From: Octopus bimaculoides
Lineage: Eukaryota
Length of the DNA stretch: 48,660 nt
Direction: 5' to 3'
Assembly: GCF_001194135.2 (NCBI RefSeq)
Contig: NC_068986.1
Span: 71,291,131-71,339,790 of the forward strand
A program made the position numbers and the translations under genes. Within the stretch, counting starts at the first letter, position 1. Every line of letters starts with the position of its first letter. Positions 1-14,790 of this stretch are shown here, piece after piece. The notes beneath the pieces are model-generated. The model was not told the DNA's origin, did not search any database, and saw nothing but the letters and a program-made list of their open reading frames with translations.

Positions 1-38
<38 letters not shown>
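1..38. repeat. (TG)n microsatellite
   Basis: Pure TG run at the window start. Confidence 0.95.
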
Positions 39-40
<2 letters not shown>

Positions 41-89
41 GATGGATTTATTTACGTGCATATGTGCGTGTTGACGATCAAAGCTGTTT

Positions 90-265
90 TAGGGCGGCGA
101 GCAAGCAGAATCGTTATCGCGACAGGCTTAATGCTTAGCGGCATTTCGCCCGCCTTTACATTCTGAGTTCCAAATTTTCCCGGGGTCGACTTTGCCTTTT
201 ATTCTTTAAAAGGTCAATAAAATAAGTACCAGTTGTGCACTGGGATTGATGTGCCAAAATTTGAA
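90..265 (+). mobile_element. tRNA-derived SINE, family 1 (AGGGCGGCGAGCTGGCAGAATCG head), degenerate
   Basis: Head agggcggcgagcaagcagaatcgtt, internal ggtcgactttgccttt...aaataagtaccagtt; matches more than 12 other copies in this window. Confidence 0.85.
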
Positions 266-433
266 ACTAATATTTTTGTGTTGTAGAAATATTAAATTGG
301 CGAGAACCAATGGTAAATATGTTTTTGTTTTAATTTCCATAAAGGGCTGAGTCCAATTTTCTAATTCGGTTATTGATTGAACTTACGGAGGTTGCATAAG
401 CGATTTCCCAACCTGTTTTCTGATAGCCCTAAC

Positions 434-514
434 TGCCTTTCATCCTTTCAGGGTCGATAAAATAAGTAGCAATCTTGCTGGCCTTGTGCCAACATTGATA
501 CTATTATTATTATT
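434..514 (+). mobile_element. SINE family 1 3' fragment with (TTA)n tail
   Basis: gcctttcatcctttcagggtcgataaaataagtag...gccttgtgcc followed by a TTA run at about 502-514. Confidence 0.8.
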
Positions 515-2125
515 AGATGAAAACTCACAGATTATTTTGCTGAATATTATGGAAAGTATCAACTGTCCACAACCAGAAGACTAAGGTTACACTTGTTAAT
601 TGGCCATGCTTCAAGGACTCTGCGAAGAATTCTTGCAGTTCCAAGCAATGCTGAATTTTGTAGGTGTTCTACCTTCACACTTGCCCCGATCTTTTTCAGC
701 CATGTTGGTAGTTGAGTGCTGATACTTCCAAGTGCACAAATTGTTATTAGTCTACTCGCTTCATTGACCACTTCAAATCGTCACAGTTGTTTATTGTTTC
801 TTCTTCTTTGACACTGATCCTGTTGTCACAAGGGCATGCTATTTCGATTATCATACATGCTCCTTCTTTTTTAATCACCACAACAATGTCCGGTTTCCGA
901 TGTTTGGCTGGGTGATCGCACTGAATCATTGCTTCCGACAGGATTTTGAAATTCTCAATTTCGGTGACTCCTTCTGGAGTTTTCTCACTCCACGTCTTTT
1001 CTCTTATTAGGCCGTGATTTCCACAGAGCTCCCAATGGATCATTCTTGCCACATTGTCCTTGGCATCTTTTGTATTCGCGTTGTGCCAATTTCGGTCATT
1101 CGCTAACGATGTGCCATACAGTTTCACTCCTCTCACCACACATTTGTCGCTACCAGTAGTGTTGTCTATTCTGCACTTTGTATAATTGGTCTTGTTCCTG
1201 AGCTGCGCATATGAGTGCTTCTGTCTCTATCTTCAGGTCACTCCGCCTCATCCATAGCCGCTGGTCCTCTCTATCTGTCTTGGCGTTCACATCTCTTGCA
1301 AACTGACCGTACATTTTCTTTTCTTTCCATGCTCTTTCATTTTTTTCGTTCATTTCTTGTTTAAATTTTTCTTTAGTTACACAATTCTCACTTTCGATGA
1401 CGCCGGCCTTCTTCGTGTGTTTCAACAGTGGCTCCACGGCATTTTTTATATACCACCCTAGGCTGTTTTCCTCTGCTTCGATACAGTCCTGGCATCTGAT
1501 CAAACCTCTCCCGCCCACTCTTCTGGACAAGTACAGCCTATCGGTGTCAGACTTTGGGTGGAAGGCTCTGCGTACTGTCAACATTTTGCTGATCTTGGTA
1601 TCCATTTTCTTCATTTCTCTCTTTTGTCATTTTATAATTCCCGCTCCATACAGAAGTGATGCCATCGCCCACGTATTAGGGACTTGGGTTTTATTCCATC
1701 CAGTCAATTTTGAGCATACCACCAGCCTCAGTTGCTCTTTCATTTCCTTGTGCATTATCTTGGTGAACTCTAGTACATCAAGTTATTTGTATCCTTCCGT
1801 TTCAATTTGCTTAATCAAGCCTCTATTCTGTAATTCAATTCCTGCTTGAGACTGTATCCTGCCTCTTTTTAGGCAGATTATTCCGCACTTCTTGAGTCCA
1901 AATTCCATTCTAATATCTGTTCTAAAACAGTGGACCATATTCACCAAGGAACTCACTTGTGTCTCATCTTTGCCATACAGTTTCAAATCATCCACGAAGA
2001 GGAGGTGGTTGATTGTTTGGGATTTTTCCTTTAGCTGGTACCCCATGTTCATTTTCCTAAGTACCAAGGTCAGAGGTATCATGCAGAGAACAAAAAGCAA
2101 CGGAGATAGGCTATCATCCTAGAAA
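515..2125 (-). mobile_element. R4/Dong-clade non-LTR retrotransposon copy A (5'-truncated, frameshifted)
   Basis: Minus-strand ORF pieces: (Q)GDSLSPLLFVLC, RT motif HLLFVDDLKLY, ETEALICAAQEQ, RKPDIVV..IEIACPCD (RLE PD-D/E), C-terminal QNSALLGTARILRRVL. Confidence 0.9.
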
Positions 2126-2150
2126 ATTATTATTATTATCATCATCATCA

Positions 2151-2214
<64 letters not shown>

Positions 2215-2216
2215 CA
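2126..2216. repeat. (ATT)n/(ATC)n microsatellite between LINE copies A and B
   Basis: Direct observation. Confidence 0.95.
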
Positions 2217-3027
2217 TTTCTCTTTACCACAGGCTTTGTTGGAACTCCTGGAGTCTTGCATGAGTTGTGGTCTTGCTACCTGCAACCTATATACAATGCT
2301 ATCCGTTCTTTTCAGCTATCAGACACTTTCCTGATTATTCTGGCCCTGCAAAGGAGATAAATCTTTTGTAACAGTTCTACTGGGTACTCTATTCCAATTT
2401 CCTTTATATTTCCCATCATGCCTTCTGATATTATTCCAAAGGACCCAGCAATAATTGGCACTATCTTGACTTTTTTCATTTTCCATAGCTGGGCTATTTG
2501 GTATTTAGGAAGGTTGCATTTATCTTTTCGCCTTCCTTCTTGACTATTCGTGGATCAAAGGGGCATGCAACATCAACTATATTACATATGTGGTGCACTT
2601 TATCCAACGTCACTAGGTCCGGTCTGTTATGCTCTAGCACCTGATCTGCTAAATACCACGAGTTGCCTTTCTCTAGCCCCCACTTCTCGCACAGTTTTCA
2701 ATGTAGCATTTTTGCTACCTGACCGTGTCGCTACTTGTGGTTTTGGGAAAATCTAGGGTATTCGTTCGTGATATGGGCAATGATTTCATCCGCTCTATGA
2801 CAGATGCAGCACGGCGGAGACACTTGCTCATTCCTACGGTTGACCCTCCAGTTCGTGACCAAAGCTTGGTCTTGCACTGCCAGCTAGTGCTCTCAGTGAC
2901 TATATGGAATTGATTGTGTAGTCCCTTCTTCCGTAATTTTTCTTCATGTCCTTTTTGTACTTCTTCCTTTGTTTATATTTTTTTCCTGCTTTCGGTATTC
3001 CCTCGTTCCTGTCACTAGCAAGATTTC

Positions 3028-3028
<1 letters not shown>
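2217..3028 (-). mobile_element. R4/Dong-clade copy B (3' portion)
   Basis: Manual minus-strand translation: AVQDQALVTN, CCICHRADEIIAHI (CCHC knuckle), RHGQVAKMLH*KLC, EHNRPDLVTLDK..IVDVACPFD, KIVPIIAGSFG. Confidence 0.85.

Positions 3029-3113
<85 letters not shown>
3029..3113. repeat. (ATT)n microsatellite
   Basis: Direct observation. Confidence 0.95.
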
Positions 3114-3114
<1 letters not shown>

Positions 3115-4150
3115 TACTGTCTTTGCACAGCTTCTAACGCTGNNNNNNNNNNNNNNNNNNNNNNNNNNNNNNNNNNNNNNNNNNNNNNNNNNNNNNNNNN
3201 NNNNNNNNNNNNNNNNNNNNNNNNCTAACGCTGGAGATGTACTACGGTGCCAGCTGTTCACTACCAATGAACTAAGGTAACCCGCCTTATTTTTCGAGTA
3301 CCAGCCGGAGTATTCAAGCAGTTCCAAGTAGTGCTACTCTCTGCAAGTGCTCCACCTATATTGCAGCCCCTGTTTGTTCCATGTACTTCTCAAGATTTTT
3401 ACTCACTATTCCTAGGGCTCCGACAATTATTGGTACTACTACAACATTTTTCAGCAACCTCACCTGCTTACGCTCCCAATCTAGCCTGTCATATCTATCG
3501 ATTTTTTTTCTTCCTTATCGCATACCCTGATGTCAGCTGGGCATGTTATATCTACGATCCAGCATAGTTTTTTCTCTTTCTCAATTAAGACTATGTCTGG
3601 CTTCCTATTCTCTATCTCATGGTCGCACTGAATCATAAAATCCCACAAGATCTTTGCATTATCATTTTCGATGTTTATGTTCGTACCACTTTTTTGCTCT
3701 GTCAGTCTATACTTGTTGCAAAGTGTCCAATGGACAATCCTTGCTATATTGTCATGACGTCTCTTATATTCTCTCTGGGCTACTGGCGTACATTGACTGG
3801 TAATATGCCATTTTGTTCACAAATTCTGCACTTATCACTTTCTGATGTATTGTCTATTCTGTATTTGATGTAATTGACTCTTAATACTTGCTTTTGGGCA
3901 GCACAGATTAGAGCCTCTGTTTCCGGTTTTAAATCACGTTTAGTTATCCATAGCCATCTTTTTTATCTGTTTGTCTTATCTTCAACTTCCCTATGAAATT
4001 GTCCATACAGTCTTTTCTTTATCCACCTATTTTCAGTTTCATTCATTCTCAAGTCCTTGTACAGTGCTTTATCTTTGCAATTTTCCATTCTACACAAGCC
4101 TGACCTTCTTACTTTCTGTAGTAGTGGTTCTGTGGTATTTTTTTACATAC
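3115..4150 (-). mobile_element. R4/Dong-clade copy C (3' portion, spans N gap 3143-3224)
   Basis: Minus: DLKPETEALICAAQ, YKRRHDNIARIVHWTLCNKY, a PDIVLI-like RLE motif, VVPIIVGALG, EHLQRVALLGTA. Confidence 0.85.
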
Positions 4151-4172
4151 TATGCTATGTTGTTGTTGCTGT

Positions 4173-4173
4173 T

Positions 4174-4229
<56 letters not shown>
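4173..4229. repeat. (ATC)n microsatellite
   Basis: Direct observation. Confidence 0.95.
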
Positions 4230-6035
4230 TTATGGATTCTTTTTAGTATAACTTTATTTCAGCTGCCTTAGTACCGGGCATCCTCCGGAGGCTAAGATTA
4301 GCAAGGAAACTTTTGTTTTGCTATGCATGCTGAAATTAGCACCACATTTATTCCGTTTTAGATGTAGAGTGGTTTCTGTTGTATATGGGCTGTACCCATC
4401 AAGGTTATCTTTTGTAGTTCACAGAGATTGGAGTTACCAGGGAGTAGCTTATTAAACTTGTTAGCTCCCTTCCTTATCATTACCAACTCACCAATTACTA
4501 CTGGTATTATCGTAGTACTAAGATTTCATATTTTTGTGATTTCAATTTGCAGATCTTTATAGCGAGAAAGCTTTTCATATTCCTTTCTTGATTTTGTATT
4601 CCTTTCTTGATTCTGATATTGTGGGACAGAGATATCTGTGTCTGGTCTATTGGAGTAATTTTTTCTATCTGTTTATACTGGGAAGATCCAAAGGATGGTG
4701 ACGCCCTCACCATTTACTACATCCTCTGGATGGTGCACGTACCACTTATCATAGGATTTAATTTTGTAGTATTTACAAGTATTCCAGTAGATGCTCTGCC
4801 CTAGTCTGTCATCTCTTGTAAGGTACACCTTTTCAGCGAGGACTAGGCAGCCAGAAACAACATGATCAATTGTCTCTGTGAATTTTCCGCAAATTCTGTA
4901 CGAGGGGTCAGATTCATCTTTAAGGACGTTTGCATGGTAGTTTCTGGTAGGTAAGCTCTAATCTCGCGTTGCAGTAACAAAACCCTGTTTCCCCTTTCAG
5001 ACCTATCCCTTGTAACCATTAGTGTGTTAGATTTTGATCAATATTTGGTTTGGACAGCCGGTTAAGGTATTTTCCATACAGGGGTTTACCTTTCCAGTTG
5101 TTTTCGATATCATTCATGCAAGCCTTCTTTGCTTTTTGCTTGATGTTTTTTTTGCATCAGTGATAGGTTTGTCACTCTTTGGATCTCTTTGGTTTTTCTG
5201 ATTGTTAATTTCTAAATCAAGAGAAGCAATGGTAGGTCTCTCAGTATTTGGGTGCCTTTGGTTACTCTTATTGTTAACTTGTAGGTCAAGAGGCTTATTA
5301 AATTTCTGACTAATCTTCATGACTGAAGCTCGCTTGGAATCTTCATGTTTCAGTGCAGTTCGTAAGAGCACATCATTTGTTGTATTAGGGTACGTTTCAA
5401 AGCCTATTATTGCTGATTTGAAGGATTGTCCGAGCTGTATCAGGCTTCTTCCACCTATTTTTCTTGGAAAATAAATCTTATCTATATTTAGTTTTGGATG
5501 GTGAATTCGGTACCTTGTAAAAATTTTACAGATCTTTCCATCCATACTCTGCATGTCAGTGAGAATTCACTTAATGAATTGATCGCATTAATTCTGTTTG
5601 CAGCATTTAATTCTGAGTTTAGGACCATTCTTACCCTTCGGTAGCATTCGTTGCGGATTTTCTCTTTCATTTTAGAGTGCTGGATACCATCACCTTCATT
5701 GGTTCCCAGATATTTGTATACTTCGGATTGGTCTAAGTTTCGAATAGCTGTGGTAGTATCAAGTTTTATGTTTTCTGTCGTATGAATTTCCCAGTCTTGA
5801 AAGTAGCCTTTGCACACGTATCAAGCCTGAATTTCATAACTGTATCAGAGCTGAATTCTTTGACAATATTCAGGAGCTCTGTTAATTCTTTGTCGTTTTT
5901 GGCAAACAATTTAGACCATCCATGTAGAGTAGATGATTAATTTTCTGGTCAAAGATCTTATACCTTCTCTTAGCATTATTCAGTTGTGGGGATAAAGGGA
6001 ACGGAACGAGGCAGAATAATAATGGTGATAATGAG
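4230..6035 (-). mobile_element. R4/Dong-clade copy D
   Basis: Minus: SLSPLLFCL, INHLLYMDGL, YKYLG, RIHHPKLNIDKIYFPRKIGGRSL, DRLGQSIYWNTCKYY..KWYVHHPE..VTILW..NRPD, LQKITLMGTAHI. Confidence 0.88.
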
Positions 6036-6565
6036 TTATTGAGTGAGAGAGCAGTGCATGCCATCAAAGTGACACAGGGCTACCGATATACAAAGCCCAA
6101 TATACTCACCATGACAACCTGTTTGATAAGGGTACACCTGACACAACCATATGTGCGCGACATGGTGAGCTCATATCAAGAAATACAGCACACGATCTCG
6201 CAGGTGGGGGCTGAGTTCAAATTTTCTTCAGATCGAGTAGCCCGTCCCGCTCAAGAGGTCCTGAATAAGGTTTGTTTAAGGATGTTGAACGAAACACCCA
6301 TGTTTCCAAAGGTGAATTATTCAAACCTCAAAGAATTCCTCTCAATATATGCTTATGATGCTTCCCCACTACTTTTGCTCGTGATCAGAGATGCGCATAT
6401 TGTCAACCATCAAGGGAAATGCTCAACTGGTTAAGGTAAGTAACTGACAAGCAAATCTGTAGTATTGATGCTGTAGCCCATCTTTTATACCAAGACAAAA
6501 TATGTACACGATGGCTCTCCCAATGAGTTAAGATCAAAAGTCATAAGAACCTGTTATTGTACCAA
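6036..6565 (-). mobile_element. Non-coding interspersed repeat (~530 bp, retroposon-like, 3' end ...GCACTGCTCTCTCACTCAATAA)
   Basis: GC-richer block ending in an AATAA tail on the minus strand. I recall it as a common octopus repeat, but it is single-copy in this window, so not internally confirmed. Confidence 0.45.
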
Positions 6566-6602
6566 GGCATTTTATAATAATGATAATGATTATTATTTTT
6601 AT

Positions 6603-6712
6603 TAGGCCACATGACTTAGTGGTTAGTGTGTTGCACTCACGAACGATAGATAGTGATTTCAATTCCTAGACCGGGTAGTGCGTTGTGTTCTTGAGCAAAA
6701 CACGTTGTTCTT
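6603..6712 (+). mobile_element. tRNA-derived SINE family 2, 5' fragment
   Basis: A-box-like tgacttagtggttag, B-box-like gatttcaattcc, then gcgttgtgttcttgagcaaaacac as in the copies at 15693 and 32150. Confidence 0.75.
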
Positions 6713-7019
6713 GACAGTCCTTACGGCGGTGCTTCATGAGATCTTATAATTGTCATTTCTTTCACAGCCTCTCATTCGTATTCAGAGAACTTTCCTGTTA
6801 TTTCAAAACCGCACACTCGGAAAAAATTCCAACGCCTTCTTTTTACCCACACAGTTACGCCCGTCTTTTTATTATTATTATGAGATTTTCTTTCAATTTT
6901 GCTTCCATTTCTTGCTGAGTGTCCTACCGACACCTAAGTCAAAGAAACTCATTGATAGACCATTAAAATACACACTGAAGATTGTTTGTTTACAAAATCA
7001 AGTGAAGTTGTATGAAATA

Positions 7020-7600
7020 ATATTTTCGTGGGTGGTAATGGATCATTCTTAAACAATTTTAAAATTCCTTTGTTGATCATATTTAGTACTCCTGCAATCA
7101 CTGGCATTATAACCGCTTTGAGATTCCCCTGTTTTTCGATTTCAATGAGCAAATTTTTATATTTTCTGAACTATTCAAATTCTTTTGCTGAAATACTCCT
7201 GTGACTCAAAGAGACAATACTCTTCTTAGAATGCGAGCTGTACCCCAACAATGCTGTCTTCTGGATCACTTCGAACCTGACAGTAGCTCCAGTGTTCTTA
7301 ATATTCAAAGCACTTAGAAAACTTCTCCTAATGCTCCAGTTACCACCGGTATTACCATTACTTACCTCATGCCGCATAACTTTCCTATCTCGTCCCGCAG
7401 TGGCTGGTATTTCTCACTCTCTTCTGCTTCCTTACATTTCACCCTCGAATCGCCTGGTATTGCAACATCTATTATCTTTGCATCTTTTTCATCTTTATGG
7501 AGATCACGATATTTGGCCGTCTCGCCTCTATGACTTGGTCGCACTCTATGTTAAAATTCCAGAGTATTTCGTTTTACATTAGTCCCCTGGCTTGTGGTCA
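7020..7600 (-). mobile_element. R4/Dong-clade RLE fragments (copy E plus an adjacent short fragment)
   Basis: IIDVAIPGDSRVKCKEAE..EKYQPLRDEI, EVIQKTALLG; the adjacent piece at 7020-7170 reads MPVIAGVLNMINKG, which may be a second 3'-end fragment. Confidence 0.75.
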
Positions 7601-7672
7601 TAACATTGTTCGGCTCTCTCGAGGCTTGCTTTACCGCACAACAGCCAGTAGACATATCTGGCCACATTGTTG

Positions 7673-7674
<2 letters not shown>

Positions 7675-7744
<70 letters not shown>
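7675..7744. repeat. (TTA)n microsatellite
   Basis: Direct observation. Confidence 0.95.
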
Positions 7745-7745
<1 letters not shown>

Positions 7746-7749
7746 CACA

Positions 7750-9819
<2,070 letters not shown>

Positions 9820-11595
9820 GTAGTCTTATTTTCATCACGTGCTTTCACTGCACTACCGAACGCAGTTCTGCGAGCCTTGGCTATGTACTGTGATTTCTTG
9901 TGATGCTCTTACTTTCACTGTATTGAAAGTGCTTTACGTAGGATGTTTGCGGTGCCTAGTAGTGCTATTTTCTGTGCGTTATATATATTCGTTAGTCCTG
10001 GTGTTCTGGTTATGTACTTGTCTGAATGTTTTCTAATCATACTTAATGCACCTATCATTATATGGATTGTTTCTGCTTTTAGGATCCACATTCGGGCTAT
10101 CCCTATTTCTAGATCTTTGTATTTTGAGAGTTTCTCCGTTTCTTTCTGTTGGAACTGATACATCGATTAGAAGGTAATTATATCCGGTCTATTAGCCTTG
10201 ATTTCGCTTTCTGTGTATATTAGCATATCCCAGAGTATGGTTGATTTGATATTTTCTGAGACCTTTTCTAGTATGTGCCTATACCATCTTTTTTCTCTTG
10301 TCATTTCATAGTGTTGGAATAGCTTCCAATGTATGTATGTTTCAACTCTGTCATTTCTGTGAATATATTCCTTCTTAGCCAGTACTGGGCAGCTAGAGAC
10401 AATATGATTTATTATTTCTTCCCCATCACCACATATTCTGCAGCTACTTGTATTTTTCTTCATTATGTGTATCTGGTGGAGAGGTTTTGATCTTGTGCTA
10501 AAATTAAACATCCTTCAGTCTCTGCTTTGAGTCCTCATCTTCTCGACCATTATTAGGATTTTACTTTGTCATTTCTGTTTTGTGTAGCTCATCCCGGTTT
10601 TTGCCATGCAAGGGCTTTTCTTGTCATCATTTTACCGTGGTATTTTATTGCTCCAGTTTCAGTTTGGATATCAGTTGTTTTACAGCTTTTGTTGTTTCCT
10701 CTTTTCCTTCATAGTTGTCAGGTACTATGACTTCTTCCTTGTATTTTCAGCTTCCTTAAAGACTGAAAACAGTTATTTTGTTTTGCTCGTGTTTTGTGGT
10801 TATTTGTACCAGTTTTCCTTGCCTCTGAATTAGATATTTCTGTAATCCTATGGTGGTTATTTTATAATAGTTTGCCAGTTGTATAAAGCCTGGGCCACCA
10901 TCAGGTCGTTGTTTATATAACCTTTCTATGTCAGATTTTGGGTGGTGCATCCTAAATTTTGTCATTATTTTTCTTGTTTTCCTGTCTAGTTTGGTTAGCT
11001 CATTTAGAGTACAATTAAGAATATTGTAACTGTAACTTATAACTAGGACAGCTAGAGTGTTGATACCAATTATCTGGTTTTTCACATTGAGCTCTGTCTT
11101 AAGTATCCAAACTGAAACTCGTCTACAGTATGCCTTCCTTAACTTCTCTTTCATTTGTGTGCGTTGTACCGTATGTAGTTCATTGATTCTTAAGTATTCT
11201 GTTTAGCGTTGGTCTAATCCTCTTATTTGATTTATCTAGTGTGATATTATTACTCTTAACTGGTTTTCCTCGTTTCAAGGTTTCTTTGACACATTCTTCT
11301 AAGCCGAATTTCATGTTTCTTTGGTAAATCCATACATTGTCTGTAGTAATGTTTCCAGTTGTTTATCATTTGCAGCTAACAGTTTTAAATCATCCATGTT
11401 CAAGCGATGGTTGCTTTTATTACCGTAGTAGTTGCATCCATATCCATTTCTGTTTAGCATATCAGTTAAAGGCGCCAGTGCCAAGCAGAAAAGGAGTAGA
11501 GAGAACAAGTCTCTTTGAAATATTCCTCTTCTAATGGAAATGACTTTTGTCTTTATGAGTTTTCATCTGCAGCACTGTTTGCCATTTATTCATGG
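9820..11595 (-). mobile_element. R4/Dong-clade copy G
   Basis: Minus: IFQRDLFSLLLFCLAL, NMDDLKL, LDRKTRKIMTKFRMHHPKSDIERLY, CRICGDGEEIINHIVSSC, KANRPDI, AQKIALLGTANILRKALSIQ*, then a 3' UTR into TAA repeats. Confidence 0.9.
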
Positions 11596-11644
11596 AATGT
11601 TTTATATATTTTATTATATCATCATCATCAGCAGCAGCAGCAGC

Positions 11645-12765
11645 ACAGAAGGCGTACAGTATACAATATCGTGATGTTATTGATTGAAGATACTGTGTCT
11701 ACCGGGCGTTTGTACTGTCTGTCAAATCACAAGGACCTCAGACAGACGGTACTTTACGCAATGTGCGTGCTGTTCCAAGTAATGCCGATTTTTGCAATAC
11801 ACCTTGATTGTAGGGTATTTCTGAAGTTTTCAGATGTTTCTTCAGGTTGGATGGTATTGAACCCAATGCTCCGATGACAATAGGGACAACCATTATATTT
11901 GACTGACGTTAGCTGCCACATCTTGGCGATCTCAATTCTCAGGTCTGTATATTTATCGATCATTTCTCTTTCTTTCATGATAATATGTTGATCTTCTGGT
12001 ACTGCCACATCGATTATTAGACACTCTTGTTTGTCCTTCCTAAAGGTTACTATGTCCGGTCTTCGGTGCTCTAATACCTTGTCTGTCTGTAAGACAAAGT
12101 CCCAGAGAATTTTTGCCTTCCCTTTTTCGTCCATTGCATTTTTCGATATAAATTGGTACCAAGCAGCCGTTACGTCATATCCATACTTTTGGCATAGTAG
12201 GCAGTGGAGGCTCTGCTCTAGCTTGTGTCTGCGCTTGTACTCTTTCTGCGCAAAACTTTCACTAATGTGAGTCACGCTTTCCACTCTCTTCCCACGTGGT
12301 ATATATCTTTTTTCACTGAGTTGTTATTTCATGCTTGTTCCTGGGCAGCGATAATTAGGCTTTCAGTCTTCTTTTTTAGGTCACCCTTGCTGAGCCACCT
12401 CCATGATGCTTCTTGGTCTTTTAAGTTGTTATTTTCACGGTGGAATTGACCATGTAACTCCATGCGGAGTAGAGTTTCTTTTCTCTCGTTGGTTATTCGC
12501 GATTGGAATTGATTAGCACTCAAGTCCATTTTTGGTACATCATTCTGCATTAGCAGCATACTGTAGCATGTTTTGTTTACTATTTACCAAATACTCTGCC
12601 ACTATTGATGCACTACCGTACGCTAATCAGACCACGTCCATCTTTACACCGCTTCATATGTGTATGTTCACCTTAGGGTAGACGACACCATGCAATGTCA
12701 TTGTCTTTCAGGTGGTGCGATCGAATTGGTCAATCTCTGCTCGTGTCCATTTCAGGATGGGTATT
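11645..12765 (-). mobile_element. R4/Dong-clade copy H
   Basis: Minus: AEIDQFDRTT*KTMTLHG, LHGQFHRE..WRWLSKGDLKKKTESLIIAAQEQA, YKRRH, ILWDFVLQTDKVLEHRRPDIV..IIDVAVP, QKSALLGTAHI. Confidence 0.88.
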
Positions 12766-13041
12766 ATTATTATCACCACCACCACCACCACCACCTCCGC
12801 CGCCACCACCGCCACCNNNNNNNNNNNNNNNNNNNNNNNNNNNNNNNNNNNNNNNNNNNNNNNNNNNNNNNNNNNNNNNNNNNNNNNNNNNNNNNNNNNN
12901 NNNNNNNNNNNNNNNNNNNNNNNNNNNNNNNNNNNNNNNNNNNNNNNNNNNNNNNNNNNNNNNNNTCATCATCATTATGCTTTGGTAGTACTTATACTAA
13001 AACTGGAACGATACAAAGAAAATTATTATCATTACAATTAC

Positions 13042-13043
13042 AA

Positions 13044-13074
<31 letters not shown>

Positions 13075-13077
13075 AAT

Positions 13078-13129
<52 letters not shown>

Positions 13130-13174
13130 TTTATTATTATTATTATTATTATTATCATCATCATCATTATTATT
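13042..13174. repeat. (AAT)n to (ATT)n/(ATC)n compound inverted microsatellite
   Basis: Strand switch near 13130. Confidence 0.9.
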
Positions 13175-13179
13175 CAGTT

Positions 13180-13862
13180 GTTTTATCTTTATAGCGTGCT
13201 TTCACTTCACTACCGAGCGCAGCTCTGTGTGACTTGGGTATGTGCTGTGGTTTCCTGTGAGGCTCTTATGGTTACTGTATTGAAAGTGTTTTGCGTAGGA
13301 TGTGTGCAGTGCCCAGTAGTACAATTTTCTGTATGTTATATATACTTGTAAGTCCTGGTATTTTTGTTATGTATTTGTCTGAATATCCTTTTTTATCATA
13401 CCTAATGCGCCTACTATGATAGGAGTTGTTTCTGTTTTTAGATTGCACATTCGAGTTACCTCTATTTCCAGGTTTTTGTATTTTGAAAGTTTCTTCATTT
13501 CTTTTAGAGAAACGTTGTCATCTGCTGGTATTCACACATCAATTAGAAAGCATTTTTTCTTCATGATCTCTGACAACTATATCTGGCCTATTGGCCTTAA
13601 TTTCTCTATCTGTGAGTATTCGCATATCCCAGAGTATGGTTGCTTTGTCGTTTTCTGTGATCTTTTCTGGCGTGTGCCCATACCATCTTTTTTCTGTTGT
13701 TATTCAATAGTGTTGGCATAGCTTCCAGTGTATATAGGTCCCAACTCTGTCATGTCTATGAATATATTCCTTCTTATTCAGCACTGGGCAGCTACAGATA
13801 ATATGATTTGTTGTTTCTTGTCCATCGCCACATATTCTACAGTTACTTGTTATGTTTCTTTT
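13180..13862 (-). mobile_element. R4/Dong-clade copy I (same subfamily as copy G)
   Basis: 3' UTR (plus-strand gtgctttcacttcactaccgagcgcag...actgtattgaaagtg) closely matches 9830-9940; RLE C-terminus and CCHC region follow. Confidence 0.88.
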
Positions 13863-13863
13863 C

Positions 13864-13883
13864 TATTATTATTATTATTATTA

Positions 13884-13926
<43 letters not shown>

Positions 13927-13938
13927 CATTATTATCAT
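13864..13938. repeat. (ATT)n microsatellite
   Basis: Direct observation. Confidence 0.95.
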
Positions 13939-13989
13939 TTAAGACCATAAAATCTACCCTTAGAGTTGACTTCAGCACTTAAACAAAAA

Positions 13990-14560
13990 CTTTGCAAATG
14001 TTCCTGATGTTCCAAATCTCATTCTGACTGAGGTTATCTCTGTATGATCTTACATTGATAACATAGGTAGCACTGTATCTGAAAGACCGGCCTTTATCTC
14101 TCTCAGAGCCAGAAAATACTTCAACCACAGCAATTAACGGCTCTCTACAAAGTTAAATGATACATTGCTATGGAACATTACTTTTACATTTGGGATGGCA
14201 CTGCTGTTGCTTACGCATACCTTCTAGGCTGCATCTTGAGAAAGCCAACTTGGTCAATTATTATGAAGTCACTGATACGCTCCAGTGTATTTTGACCATA
14301 GACATGCTATCACCTCTCTGTCCTATCAATAGTACTGTGGCCTCCGTTTCTTGGAAGTGACAGATCTCGTACAACATCCACTAATTCCCTACTCATCCAT
14401 ATTGTGTTCATCCACCAGTCACCATCCTAAGCAGTACAACCAGTCCTTTCTCCTTAGAAAGTTGCCTCCCTAGAATACTCATTCCGAGCATGCTTTTTCC
14501 CTCAGTCGTTAACTTACAACACTTTAAACGCAATGTTAACGCATCTTAATGTTCCCACAA
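13990..14560 (+). mobile_element. Probable CR1/Jockey-like LINE 3' end (post-RT region), heavily decayed
   Basis: LYKVK*YIAMEHYFYIWDG resembles the LYKAxVRxxMEYCxxIWxG motif; QYNQSF and FPSVVNLQHFKRNVN resemble the typical C-terminal LxxFK motif. Confidence 0.5.
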
Positions 14561-14729
14561 GCTTGTTAAGGCCTCGGAGACAACTCCTTCCTCTATACCT
14601 AGCAAATAACTAAGTGGCTTCAGAAGATGTGATTTTTGTGTCTTGAAGACAGAAGATGGAGCAGTTTGTTATTTTGAACAAAAATGAGAACTAGTGAAAT
14701 CTTGCAGACTCTTCAATCGACATTTATTA

Positions 14730-14790
14730 AAGAATTTCCGAATACTAAAGAGAAATTTCCAAATACTAACGAAGAATTTCCGAATACTAA
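14730..14790. repeat. Short tandem repeat, about 3 x 20-22 bp (GAATTTCCGAATACTAA)
   Basis: Three near-identical units visible. Confidence 0.8.

Noticed and set aside
1397-1849. 150-aa hydrophobic plus-strand ORF (and similar ORFs at 9553, 11515 and 13416)
   Set aside because: Antisense shadow of the A-rich minus-strand Dong ORF.
3134-3233. ctaacgctg repeated on both sides of the N gap, resembling a TSD
   Set aside because: It abuts an assembly gap inside LINE copy C; most likely contig overlap.
6039-6434. 131-aa plus-strand ORF of normal-looking composition
   Set aside because: No recognisable motif; it lies antisense within a non-coding interspersed repeat.
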